Positions 18,979-32,200 of a stretch of 64,000 nt of DNA are shown in pieces. Position numbers and translations under genes: made by a program. The stretch lies in NCBI GenBank assembly GCA_048013815.1, contig CM106585.1, positions 1,426,001 through 1,490,000 of the forward strand. Direction: 5' to 3'. This DNA is from Setoptus koraiensis (taxonomy: Eukaryota; Animalia; Arthropoda). Each line of letters starts with the position of its first letter. Position 1 is the first letter of the stretch. The notes under the pieces are model-generated. The model saw nothing but the letters and a program-made list of their open reading frames with translations. It was not told the origin of the DNA and made no database searches.

Positions 18979-21900
18979 CGTACACATTGCGGACGATAAA
19001 TAGGGAGAGAGAGAGAGAGCAAGAGTGTTTTAGTTTAGTTTGGCGGGTCTGACCAGAACTGAGTTGGTTGTTTGGAGATGTATGTAATAATAACAATAAT
19101 AATAATCTAAGTGTCGCCACACAAAGTATAGTATTTTTTGACTGAATTGAATTGAATGTTATGCAATAATGATCACCAGAAATGGGCTGGCTTGCTATAG
19201 AGTGATGGGCGTAAAATGTGTGTTGGCTCTATGCTGGCTGCAACATGGAGAATTGAATGAATACAAGTGAATACATGTGTGTACATCATATTACATAATA
19301 CAAGTCTTGAAATTAGGGTCATCCCGAAGTGACCAAGTCAGCTCGCAAGCAGCATAACGGCACTACTACTATGCTTAATGTGGTGCCTCAATGTGTTTGT
19401 GTGTGTCCAGTGGAGTAGCCTCAATTTGACTAATATAATAATCTTTGCATAAGAGTTTTTCACTGTATATTGCCAGACACACAACAGTCGTGTCCACTAA
19501 TGACGTCAACCACAACCTCAAGCAACGGCAACCATAGTTCAAGGGCAACAACATTAGCGGCAACATTAGCAACAACAACTGATATTGTGATGTACAATCC
19601 GCAACTAACCGTTAGTTTGGTTGCGCCGGTTTGAGACCAGATTTCTATTTTAGCGCGCACATCACCAACGATGACCATAGACGTATTTAGCCAGTGGACT
19701 AATTGTTTTATTTTATTTATGTTCTATATGGCTGTTGCCACAAAACAACAATCAAACAAATCATCTGACTAATCATTTGATGGCGACACAATCTCAGATG
19801 AGAGTGACCGCTGAAAGACAATGAGACACTTTAAGGATTCGTTCATTCTTCATTTGTTTCCTCTACTAATACAACTATCTGTTTAGCTTGCTGGCGAGCA
19901 CAACAAATCACGACCAACCTTGACTAACAATGTCAACGATTTTTGTTGTCTTGCTAAACCGCGCCTGCACCACTAGACACTTATCTCGTGGTCTCGTCGC
20001 CATATAGCCGTGTAGCCGTGTAGCCATATAGCGACCATGTTTGCGATGCATCAGCAAACACGAGATAAAGTACGTGAGATAAAGATACAACGGACATGCA
20101 TTCCGTGACGAAACTTTTGTGATAGTGAACGACAAATTAATCGATTGACTTGTGTCACTTCCACCCACAACTGTTATATAACTGCTCCGATGTTCGATAC
20201 AGACTTTTGTGGCGCTGTATTTTGTGACGGTGCTGTATGTGTGCTGCGGAAATGGCAAGCAAGCCAACAAGGCAAAGTTCAAGTATAATCATTTTGGCCA
20301 GCTCGCTCTCTCTCTCCCTGGCGGCCGCTACCATTCATGACTACTTACTGTGATATAAGTAATTCATCATGGCAACCACAGCAACTAACACAAAGAAATC
20401 GCTTTAACTAGAATGTAATTGATGACGGATGATGTATATTTGAGTGCAGCCACATATATTTCTTTTTTGCGCTTTTTTCCCCTACAAGCGCGATTTTGCC
20501 CAAACAATAACAACAGCATTCTTTTGGCGCTATTGCTGATGATGATTTTATCTATCGATTGGTCAACAAAAGAAAATAGATGCTGCCTTCACTTTGGTGC
20601 CAGCACCAACAGCCAGCAGCATCACAAACAGCGCAACACAATGACAACTTATCATTTTGTTGCCATGGGGCCCTGAAACTTTGGCCAACTATTTGCCAAG
20701 TCGCTCGGATATTGTTGTAGCCAGTGATCAAGCGCGTGATTGAGCGACTGCAAGGCCACTTAGTGGAACATGGAAAAACATTAATAAAATATATTTGTTT
20801 GTATTTAGCCAATTGCTAACTTTCGGCTTTATCACCCTTGACTTTGCGGCAGCGAGCTGGCAAGCGAGAATTGTTGATTGTTGTTGCGTTTTGACTCACG
20901 CAGAGAGAATAATAAATAGCCCGCAACCATCATCTCACCGAGCAGAAAAAACGCCCGAAGAGCCAGAGTGTGACTGGCCTCGTTCGGCGTCGCTCGGATA
21001 ATCTCGGCCCACAGCAAGCGAGGTGATCAACTTGTACAACGTGCGTACGTCGCACACACACACACACACACACGATATAGCCAAACAATGCCATTATATA
21101 AATATATATATGAGAGGAGCGCAAATGGGGCCCCGATTTTATAGTGCAGGGATATGTATTTTTATATGTTGTTATTACCAATATCGTTTTATCTGTATTA
21201 CAGGGCGCGCCTCTTGCCTTTTGTCCGAGCGGGGCCCTTGTCACCTTGAAGTAGCAAAGTGGCGAATGACACGTCCAATTGAATGTTGAATCAAGCGAAA
21301 GAGAAAGATGAAGAGCAAAAAGAGAGAATAGGCTCGCCAAAAGAAGCCAACAGTCAATGGGCAGCGGGGCCATGTCTGGCCGGGCTAAAATATACTCGCA
21401 ATGTGCAACTTATAAATAACTTGGCTCCACTTTTTATCTGCGTCGGGCCATCTATCTGTTGGTTCGACGACTCTCTCTCTCTTCGGAGCACACTTATTTT
21501 GCAGTTATTTCGCAGTTGGCCTGTTTGCAAGCAGCCAGACAAACAGCCAGCCAAACGGCCAGCCAACGGCCAGACAGCCAGTCGGGCCGCTATTCGAGTC
21601 GGGCCGCTATTCGAGTCGGGCCGGCTCTCTGACGTTTCGCTTTGCGATAAATAGTAAAGAAAGCGCCAGACAGGCTAGCGAGCGCAACGAGTAAAGTTAT
21701 CACCATCATAAGTGCTATCTGGCCCCTGCGGCCGATATTGATGACGCAAGAGAGAAGGCGCTGTCTGGCCAGCCGGTCGCAAGCGCCAGCTAGACAATAA
21801 ACAATAACCGAATTAATCTTGGGGCCAGTGTATTCTACTGTGGCCGCTAAATACCGCAACGGGGCCGGCGCACGCACGCCACCAAAGTGCCGCTAGACAG

Positions 21901-23940
21901 AGCGCCCAGAAACCGCTAATATATATTTCGGGATAATATGTAATGTAATGTCTGAGTGATGCGATGCCGTGGGACAAGGCGCAACAGCGAGCGAGGCATG
22001 AGGTTTAATCTAGTCAGCGTTTGTATCAAATTGGCAGGGTTCTCTCTCTCTCTCTCTCTCTCTCTCTCACGCCAGAGTTTGGGGCCCCTTTGGCGCACAC
22101 TCTGGGCCCGTTTTTTGTTGGCCAAGGAGAACGTTGCTCATCACGTTCGCTCGAGCTACATTAAACGAAGATTGATTTGATTTGATGCGCAACAACAAAT
22201 GAACAACAAACACACACCGAGAAACTGAAAGAAAAGAGACGCACATAATGGGCCCACTCTCATCGTTGCTTGCCGATCGCCGATGGCCAAGTCTGGCCAA
22301 GGCTGTGTGTCGCTGCGGTCGCAATTGAACGACCGGTACCGAGGACACATCGACAAGATGAAAGAGTTAGCTGGACAGCAGCGAACATTCGAGCAAAGCG
22401 GAAGTCGGCGAGTCCCATATACTACCGGTTTACTGCCGATATACCGCAGGTTTATCACCGGCATACGAGCAATATACTAACGACATACTAGAGGTGCGCT
22501 AGCAACACAATTGACGCCCCTCAACCGATCACTTGATTAGTTGGCAGACACAGTAAGCGGTAAAAAGAACATTTTCCACGAACTAGCCATATAAATGGTG
22601 GCTCGTTGTCGATTGTGGCAACTATTCTTTCGAGCTCGCGCCCCTTCACCACACAGGTTAAAAGCGGCACAGGTAAATCGGAGAACGGACCAACCGATAA
22701 ATGGACAGAGAAACGTTTTGCAACTTGACGACTCACATAGTCGATTGTTGTTTAATGTGAACATGCTCTGATCAATGAGCCGCCAACCAACAAATAAACT
22801 GAATCTACTTCCCGAAACTAATCTATCACAGACAGTCCACTATAAACTACTACTATTTCATCGTGACCGGAGCAGGTAGTATCGCAACAGCAACACAATC
22901 AGCCAGCGTGATATACACAAACATAAATATATAATATAATTAGTTGATTAAAAACAAGATAGGCTATTGTTTATGGGCGACGTTCATTAAACTGTTCGTG
23001 TCACTCTGATGCAACTATTATATTGAGTAATACTTGCGTGAATTCACCGGTTTATTACAGCATATGCCCTAACTAGCAACCAGAGCTTTAGTCTGTGCGA
23101 TGGCCACTATTTTATCATCATCAGTCTAGGCCCCACATAGATAGTTAGTTTTGCCGACTGGTTAGTTAGTTTTACATGCTGCACATGGAAACTTTGAAAA
23201 GTTTAGTTGAGCTGCACTAAAACAAGTAAAAACAACTGTATGTTCGGAAACTAACGTCAAAAAGTGTATACAGCTGAGAGATAAACTTGTATTCATGTAA
23301 AAGGACCCTCGCTCTTTTTTCGCCTATTCCCAAACAGACCCGAATCATGGTGTGTAACCAGGGGAGATTGTCGCTCAGTTTGGTGAAAATGGGTGAAACA
23401 AGTTTCAGCAAACGTGACTGTGTTTGTTGTACTTACTCGTTCCAGACAATTGTATTGAATTGCAGCAACGACACCAGATTATTATTATTTGAGTAGTTAT
23501 TTGTTGACCACCAAAATATTATAAATCGCAAATATTATTATATTCACCATCACAAAACCCCGAGTAAAGACATATACATATCGTTGAATAATCAGCACGT
23601 AATTCAATCATTTCTAGCACTTTATTGTTCGCACTCAATATAGGCAACTTATGGCTTTTCCAGCTTCAACCACACAGATCAACATTAGTGCATATAATAT
23701 TTACAATTGTTTGCTGCCGTTTGGTTGGTCTGAAAACCAACCAGTCGGCCCGAGAGTTTGGTCTGGCAAGATGTGGCCGGGAGAACGTGCCGTCGGTCAA
23801 GCAACCGATCACATGAGACAATAAACAAAGCAAGGCCAACACAGCTAAACAAACTGAACGTGCACGCTAATATAGGCACAAAAAGATGGCCAATCATTAC
23901 CATGTATAATGATATATGTATACCATACTATCTAACTTAC

Positions 23941-24120
23941 CCAAGATACCCAATCTGTAGTTAAATGTTATCACAATAGAGTTTGTCCATGAGCTTAATA
24001 TTGAGCCATCATAAGCGTTTCCGGTGCCCCAATCGTACGATTGACCATGTATAAAAACTATTACTGGCAATAATTGCTGGCGTCCATTGGCATCGATGAG
24101 TTTTGGCAATGGCCGAGCTA
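23941..24120 (-). CDS. Nlg: Neuroligin exon 2
   Basis: Acceptor tatccag|TA and donor G|gtaagt. Encodes [27 protein letters not shown]...[12 protein letters not shown] (neuroligin-type HGxSY); 180 nt, phases 1 to 1. Confidence 0.93.
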
Positions 24121-24625
24121 CTGGATACATATACATATATACACATATATACACACATATATATATAAATATAAATATATGGAGATGGATAGAAAGATGT
24201 GTGATAGAGATTAGCGGACAATTGAGTCAATCTGTGCAGCTCAATCAGTGTATATAAGGCAGTCAGTTGAGAGTTGATGAATTCTCTTATGAATGACAAG
24301 TTTCTAATGCTACACTGTTATTGCTATGATCGCAGTTGGATAAGTCCCGAATAATCAATAAAAAGGGCTGGCATAATCTGTCTAGACTAGTCAATGTAAT
24401 AATGTCACAATGTAATGTTTATTGTTATTATTCGGATAAGTCCATTCAAAGAGTTTTGCCGTTTACTGTGACGACGAGCACTGCGCTGAACAAGAGCAAA
24501 AATGATTATAATCATGGATATGATTAGTTTTAGATTAATAATTGATGATCCAAACACACCAACGCAAGCAACACTTTTTGTATCATAGATTGTCGTGTTC
24601 TATTACAATGTATGTATGTCTAGCT

Positions 24626-24713
24626 ACATACAATAACATACAATAACATACAATAATATACAATGATAGACAATAACATACAATGATACACAATGATGGA
24701 CAATAATAGACAA
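24626..24713. repeat. Degenerate 10-bp tandem repeat (CAATAACATA), about 8 copies
   Basis: Read directly from the sequence. Confidence 0.9.
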
Positions 24714-27700
24714 AACAACGGTAACAATGTAACGTGTAATGTCGAAGCTCGCGTAATTAGAATATTTGTTTGCGATAAATAGTGGCCAGTGTGTGCTCAA
24801 TCATGTGTGTTGTCTCTGGCTGATCTACAATCTGATTGAAGCAAACAGCTAATAGAGCAACAAACAACAACTAACTGTTGTAACATCCGGTCTAGCTCGG
24901 CTGGCTAGACAGATGATTGCGAGGATAAGCGTGCTTAACTGGCCAACTTTGGCCCCCCATTTGAATCAAGACTCTCGGATCAAGAGTCTTGCTGCTTCAG
25001 TGGGCAGCATCATCAATATGAGCGCTCTAAATGATGTTTATTATCGACAATATCCATCATTTTGATCAATTTATCTTGACCCGACCAGTGTTAGCAGCAA
25101 ATTGTACAACTATGCAAACTGTTTGCCGCTTCTAACTGTCCGTCTCCGTCTACTATACAGCGTATACTAAACAGTGTATACTAAACTAAAGTGTATATTG
25201 TGCATAGACAGTGTTCATTTGTATCGTGCATATATGAATGATGATTAGTTGGTTCAAGTTAACTGATGATAACGGCATCCACAAATGAAGTTTGTATGTT
25301 AACCATGTTGCCAATATTTTGCAAATTGTTGCCATTGCCGATTCGCCATTTGTCTGGCAAAACTTTTTAGTTTTATTGTACCAACAGAGGCCAATATTTG
25401 CAATATTTGCAATATTTGCAATATTTGCGATTGAATTGTATTCAGACGGAGCGATAGTAATCAGCGGCAGCTTATCGATGCCGTCCCAACTCGGCAACTC
25501 GCGCGGGTCAATTCTTTTTCTCACACAACTGCCAGCGATTGGCTGATGTGATTTAGCGCCTCTCTGACTCTGCTGACTCTATCTTTCGATCTGTTGCCAG
25601 CCACGGGCAGTCTTGCCAGCAGGTTAATCCCCGACAGGTGAAATCGCGGCTCGACAAAACTACAGCGGCTCATGTGCCGATAGCCTACGAGTCATAGGCG
25701 CGTGTATGGTCAGATATGGGCACGTTTGGGCCTGTTTGGGCCTGTTTGGGCATAGATATGGCAATTGTCAATTATTAATCCGTGATTAAGTAGAGCGCTG
25801 CAGCGATTTGCAGTGCAGACGCGCACGGATACTCTAATCAATTAATAGCGGCCTAGTGTAAGCGTGGGCGACAAGTTGTAAATGGTCAATGGAAAAATTG
25901 CAAATGAGTGATGTGCATTGGCGATTTGCATTGATTGTGTGGACACAAGACGACGCAATGTGTTGTGGCGCATTCATTAGATTTAATGTGAATCGCGTGT
26001 GAGTGTGTCGTGGCACATTCGACCACGAGCGAGTGGGCGTCGTTGGGGCCCTTGGTTAGAATGCCATTCCCAGCGACAGCAACAGTAACGAGAGTATCAA
26101 AGTAGCGGTCAAAGTAACGGTCACAGCAACGGCCAAAGCAACGGTCAGAGCAGCGGTCAGAGTAGCGGCCAGCGAAACGGGCAGAGCACAAAGAGCGAGA
26201 GAGTGTTGCGCAATATGCATGGCCAAGATAATTTGCACAGTTTATTGGCACATTTTTGGCCAGACATTGGGTGCGGGGGCCCCGGCCGGCCGCTCGCCCA
26301 CACCATAACCACTGAATAATCATTACGCTGTCGGCTGCGCGCACACAATGTGACAATATATTTGAGAGTTACAAGCGGCCAAGTGAGAATGGTGTGTCGC
26401 GGCGCGGCGCGGCACAAAAACAGATAATGCCCATTACACATAACAACTATTAGTGTATTCATCGGCAAACAGGCGGGGGGCATTCCAGTGGCACTTGACT
26501 TGCCACAATGCTACACGGGCCCCATAGGGCCCCACTGCTGACTTGACTCATCTTTTGCCCGTTTTTCACTTGTGCCCGGCCGGATGAGTGTGTGTGTTGT
26601 CGTTTCACTTTGTGCATCGCATTTGCAATTCATTAAGCGACATGTCGTCCAGCAGCCCACAAAACTGCTCCAAAAACTGGCCCCGTTTTTCGGTGGCGCC
26701 CCCTGCGTACGCGAGCTTATCCTTTGTTAGCCATGTTCGCAGTGCTGGCCCCGTTCGGTTGTTGATGATCGTCATCAAGCCCCATACAATTGTACAATAT
26801 CCATTGCACCACAGTGACCGACTTGTCGACCGTCTCCAAGCTCGTGCCAGAGCCCATCCCAGCGAGACGAGTCGCAAGTATTCATGAATACTGCTCGTCT
26901 TCTTATATCTAGATTATCTGTGCTCCGGGACGCACAACTGCGCTCAAACTGTGTGCGCAAACAAGCGACGATTATCATAAAATCACCCGACAACATTATC
27001 CCTCTCCGGCGTTCTCGTCCAGCTTGCTAGGCCCGATATCTCTGAGCGCCGCAATATCTCGATATCTGGCCAGTCGACTCGCCATCCAGTCGCCATACAC
27101 TCGCCATATACTCGCCATCCAGTCGAACAGCCAGTTGTGAGACAGTCGAACAGTCAGAGTGGGCGACATTTCATTTGGTTGGTCGCATGACGACTCAAAT
27201 GAGACGAGATTAAATCCGACGAGATCGAGCATCGTCTCGCAGCTCGACAGCCGACGCGCAGTCGGCCCAATTTGAATGCCAGTCAACGGGGGCGCTGCAT
27301 CCGACGAGAGTCGTATTATTATATATAGTCGCTCGCTTTGGCCCCCTCAAAAACTCACACAATCAAACTAATTGCCGTTGCCGCTCAAGAGTGCGCAACC
27401 ATCGATCCACAATGAGCGCTCTATAGACCCGCTAAGACGCCTCATTATCGATCAAGCGCAATCTTGTTCAGTGCTTTATCTGTTTAGCCAACGGATTTGA
27501 TATCAGCATTATTGGATTTGCAGCAGCCAGTTGAGCAAACAGCCGAGTTGTCGTGGCAACTCGGCATTTTGCACACTTTCGTGCCGCTCGCTTAACTGCG
27601 TGATCGAGCTTAGAGGAGGCGTCGAAATTGGGATCGCTTATTCTAATTGCAGCGGCAACAACAATCCAACTACAATTAGCGATCCGAGCAAGCGGAGAAA

Positions 27701-29184
27701 TTATTTTTCAATGCAATACACTGCCGATGCAATTTCGGCCATGACAAGATTGATTCCGCTCATTCGTTTATGTTGTTCGTATGCTGCAAAATCTCCCTAA
27801 CAAACAGCTCGCAAACAACCATATCTCCACATATATGAACACATATATCCATTGCTGTCGTGGATATTTCTCCATTTGAATACGTTGTATGATACAATTT
27901 GCATCGGTCCCGCGGCCGATATTGGAATAATTATGTAACATGTTGCTAGCTTAGAGAGTTTGCGTGTGCCATATTTTGAGCACATTCCGAGCGCATTTCG
28001 AGTACATTTTGAGACGGTCAATCAATCACGGCAACACTTGTTGTTTACTTGCACGCCAAGTGGCCCCGAATGGCGCCGTAAGCGCACAAATTCTTGCCAC
28101 ATTTGTCTGGCCGATGGAGGTTCAGACATTCAGGCATTGCTGGCACGCACATTGGACCCCATGCAGCATCCAATCAACATTGGCCATGATCGATTTTGTG
28201 TGCGACAAGAGATAAGCGTGCGGGCCCCCGGAGCCCCCGCGAGTGATGGGGCATTGGAGCGCGAAAATCAAATCTTTAAAGTTGTGTCAACTGGAATGGG
28301 CTCAGTATCAGTTTCGGCTGTTTCGGCTGCAGTCAGTCAGTGTTGCGATTGGCGATTTGTTTGTTGGGCCCCAATCTATCACTGGCACTGCGAGCACACA
28401 CATATGATGGATCAGCAGCCAGTTTGCCGGGCAGCCGGGCCCCAACAAGCAGTGCTATAACGGTACTCGCTCGTATAGACGGTTATAGTGTTGGTGGCTG
28501 TTGTTTCGAGTGTTTTGGGGGTAGGTCGCAAAGGTGAAGCGGGCAAAAATGAGCCAAGAAGCGTTATTTAATCATAGATCACGGCACTTGAGTTGATTGT
28601 GTCAATTACGTGACTGCGAGCCGCGAGCTGCGATTGTGAGGCCCCGATGTGCCGAAATGTTTGTATTTTGTTACTTAGTTGAGCCGGCCCATGTCAGCGG
28701 ACACGACGGCACGGTGGTAATTTAAAGCAAAAAACAGTTCGTTCGTTCGCCCATCTATGGCTCAAATAAACTATTATGTATCACTGATATCAGCGATATA
28801 ATAGTATATAATACTTATATCAGTGATATAATGGTGTATAACAGTGCACAGCGGCAACTTGACACTATTAAGACAGCTAATCGTGATATCAAGATCAATT
28901 GTTGTGTCGCGTGCGTCTACTGTTGAACTTGACCGGAACTAGATCATGGTTATCATTAAATGGCCCGAGACTCGACCGATTCTCGGTGCTTTCCGACCGA
29001 ATCGACGAGCGACTCGCCGACTGACCCGAAGACGACGCAACGCGGCACAACGTGCCAATGTTGTCGTCGCTGTTGTTGTCTAGTGAGTGGGCCCGTTGAC
29101 ATTATACGGCGATTTTGTTTGCTCGGCGCCCGCTCGACGCAATAACAGCGACAAATCGGATGATGAGTGGCGCCACTAGAGCCA

Positions 29185-29292
29185 CCGACAACAGCGACAA
29201 CAGCACCGACAGCAACAGCGACGACAACTGCGACGACAACACCGACAACAACTGCGACGACAAAACCGACAACAACTGCGACAACAACACCC
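29185..29292. repeat. Degenerate CGACAACA/CAA-rich tandem repeat
   Basis: Repeated CGACAAC units; these generate spurious poly-V/L/C ORFs. Confidence 0.85.
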
Positions 29293-32200
29293 ACATGGCG
29301 CACGTAGCGCCGTGTATGCGACACAGCCCGTGCGACATGGGGTAATAACGGCAAGCGCATTTATGGCCGATGTGACACAGTAGCAAACTTTAGTTAGCTC
29401 AATGACACGCACAAAGGCACGAGCGCGGAGTCGCGAAAGTCGCTATAGACCGCGCTGCTTATCAGCAAACAAACGTATGGTTGTTGAGTTTATTTCTGGC
29501 ATTCTCTGGACAGTTAAGCGTAGTTTATGGTGACGCGTGCTTACACAACGACGACAACTAACTGCAACTGCGGCAACGGCAACGGCAGCAACAACAACAA
29601 CAACAACAGCAACGACGACTGGCCACTGAGCAGCTCAGATTGCGAGGGCCGGCCAATATATCTCAATGAGGTTCATTGTTGTTGGTTGTTGGCGATAGTG
29701 CGCGGACACTAGCAATATATATTACAGTTAAAGAGCAGCGGCAATAGCTCATTGTTGCCAGTGGCAAGTAAACAATAGTTTAATCGTGATTTAAGATGCA
29801 AATAATAAGATAGAGTCAGCCGGACCAGTTGATACCTTTGCGCGCTGACAGACGCACTCGTCAACTTTGCCACTGCAAACTAAATTGTAGTGGCTCGCCT
29901 CTATAACATGCGGATATTTTATACATGCAGCATGATGCAGGGGCCCCCATCGAGCAGCGACAGGGCCCACTTGCCCGCTCGATTGGCCCGTTTCACGCAA
30001 CTTTCAACTGACTTTGGCTCGCGTGACATTGACCAACTACCGCCAATGATGAACTGGCACTTGATACGGGTTTCATTTGCGCCGTGAGCTCGCTCAATGA
30101 GCTCGATGAGCCCAATGAGCTCAATGAGCCCAATGAGCTCAATGAGCGGGCCTCTTCTCTCCCTCGGACAAGTTGCAGTTTGTAGTTCAAGTTGCGCGCA
30201 GTTGCAATCTGCTGGCCGTCATACTGACTGTTATACTGACCGTTGCCGGACGACAGAGTCTTGTGGGCAACGGCCTAAGCGAACGGCGCAAACGAACGGC
30301 CTAAACGAACGGCCTAAACGAGATCCAAATGCGACTGACAATGAGAACTTGTCTTTGTCAGCGCGCACCCAAACGCACGCTGCGCTACAAAGATGCGGCT
30401 CGAAATGAATATCAATTTTGGCGATGGCTGATATTTTCGTTATGTGGCGCCCACTTTTGTTTGTGTGTAGAGAACGGGTGACAATGAACAACAATTGTCA
30501 GCATCGCACACGATGTAAGTGTAACAGTGGAACAATACAAATTTCAAATAAAGCAAACTCGATCTGGTCAGTGCCGCTGTCACCAGTTTGTGTAGCCCAT
30601 GAGTGGGGCCCACTGACACAGAAATCACGAGCAACAACGTGTTAGGTGACAGTAGATATCTCAGTGATGGCCTGCTTCTAGCTATCTCTGGTTGGTGTTT
30701 CGTTTCTGTTAGCTTGGCGAGCTTGACAATTGCGAATCAAGAATCGAGCCGGATCAAAAATAAACTTTGGCTGCGTTTACAGTGACAAAACTACTACTTA
30801 ACAAGCGCTGTGAGAGATTGCTGAAAGGTGGCGCTGTTTTAGAGGCCCGTTTCGCCAGCCGATGACAAGTGCGTGCTTGTTTGTTTGTTTTGTTCTTTTG
30901 ACCAATGACTGGTGCACTCGAACTGGCTCTGTTGTTTTGTCTTCCATTTTGTCAGCTGTGTCACTCCTCAACTGACCTCTGTTCATACACACTCGTGTAA
31001 TGTTATGTAACTGTCCGGTTAACTGATAGTGTAACAGTAACCAGTGCGCTGTCAACTGGCCAGAAATGTCATCCGCACACACAGAAAAATCATACTTCTT
31101 TTCATCTTTTACTTACATGCGCACGCCCCCATTTATATATTTATATATAGGAGAGGCCCACTGATTGCAGTCACTTTATCCCACATCCCACATGTAACAC
31201 AAACATTGTCGATCGACACTTTTATAAAAATACGAGGAGACACACAAAAATTCGCGCACGCAATTCGCTCTCGCAGCAACGCTTTATATCAACAACAACA
31301 GCAGCAACAGCAGCAACAACGGCAACAACAACTGCAACGACAACACAACTGGGCCGACCGATCGTGATTGTGAATCAATCACTGCCACAGCCAACAGTGT
31401 GATGCCTGCAGCAACGAGCCAAAAGCATTTCCTTTCTCATCTCATTTCAACAATGTCATTTTTACTTTACTTTATACACACACACACTTACCACTCAGCA
31501 ACGGAAGTAGATGGCGCCCCCTGCTGCGTTGCGTCTGGCGCTATATTGTGTAGACACCAGTGATGGTGTGTAGACACAATACATATTGCACAAGCGTACA
31601 GTACAAACTAGATAGACAAATGTACTTACTTTGATTCACTAATGTACATGATGATGATATATGTTGGTCAAACGCCACTCAGCTGATCAGCTAGCCGTCC
31701 AGTGGGCTGGTCAGCTGGTCGGCTGGTCAGTTAGTCGGTTGACCAGGTAGCCAGGAGCTATTAGCTAATGACAGTGGCCCGTTTGTTTGTTTGTTGTTGA
31801 TTAAATTGAAAGCGTCACGAGCCATAAGTCATGTTGCCAGCCATCGAGCTAGCTAAGCAGCGACTCTGAGTGACCAGCTCGCACCGTTAGCTAACCAGCT
31901 CGCTGTTGGCGCTGTGATTTTAAATACTTGACCAATTTCATATAACTATGGCCAGCTCATCTCATCACACATTTAACGGTTTACATTTGGTCAGCTTGAG
32001 CTGCTGGTCAGCTGAGATAGCGAGTTATTAGCGAGCGCACAATCTTGCGAGCTGCTCTTCTATTCATTCGGATATACTCACATGATGACATGATCATGTT
32101 TGTATTTGTGTGTTAGTCATCTCATGTGTCGCAAGTCGGAACTAACATCATCACTATATCTTGTGATCACTAGGCCACACTGGATAGACTAGATCTAGAT

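Noticed and set aside
28779-28828. 12-bp inverted repeat TATCACTGATAT/ATATCAGTGATA
   Set aside because: Short, AT-rich and embedded in local degenerate repeats; expected by slippage.
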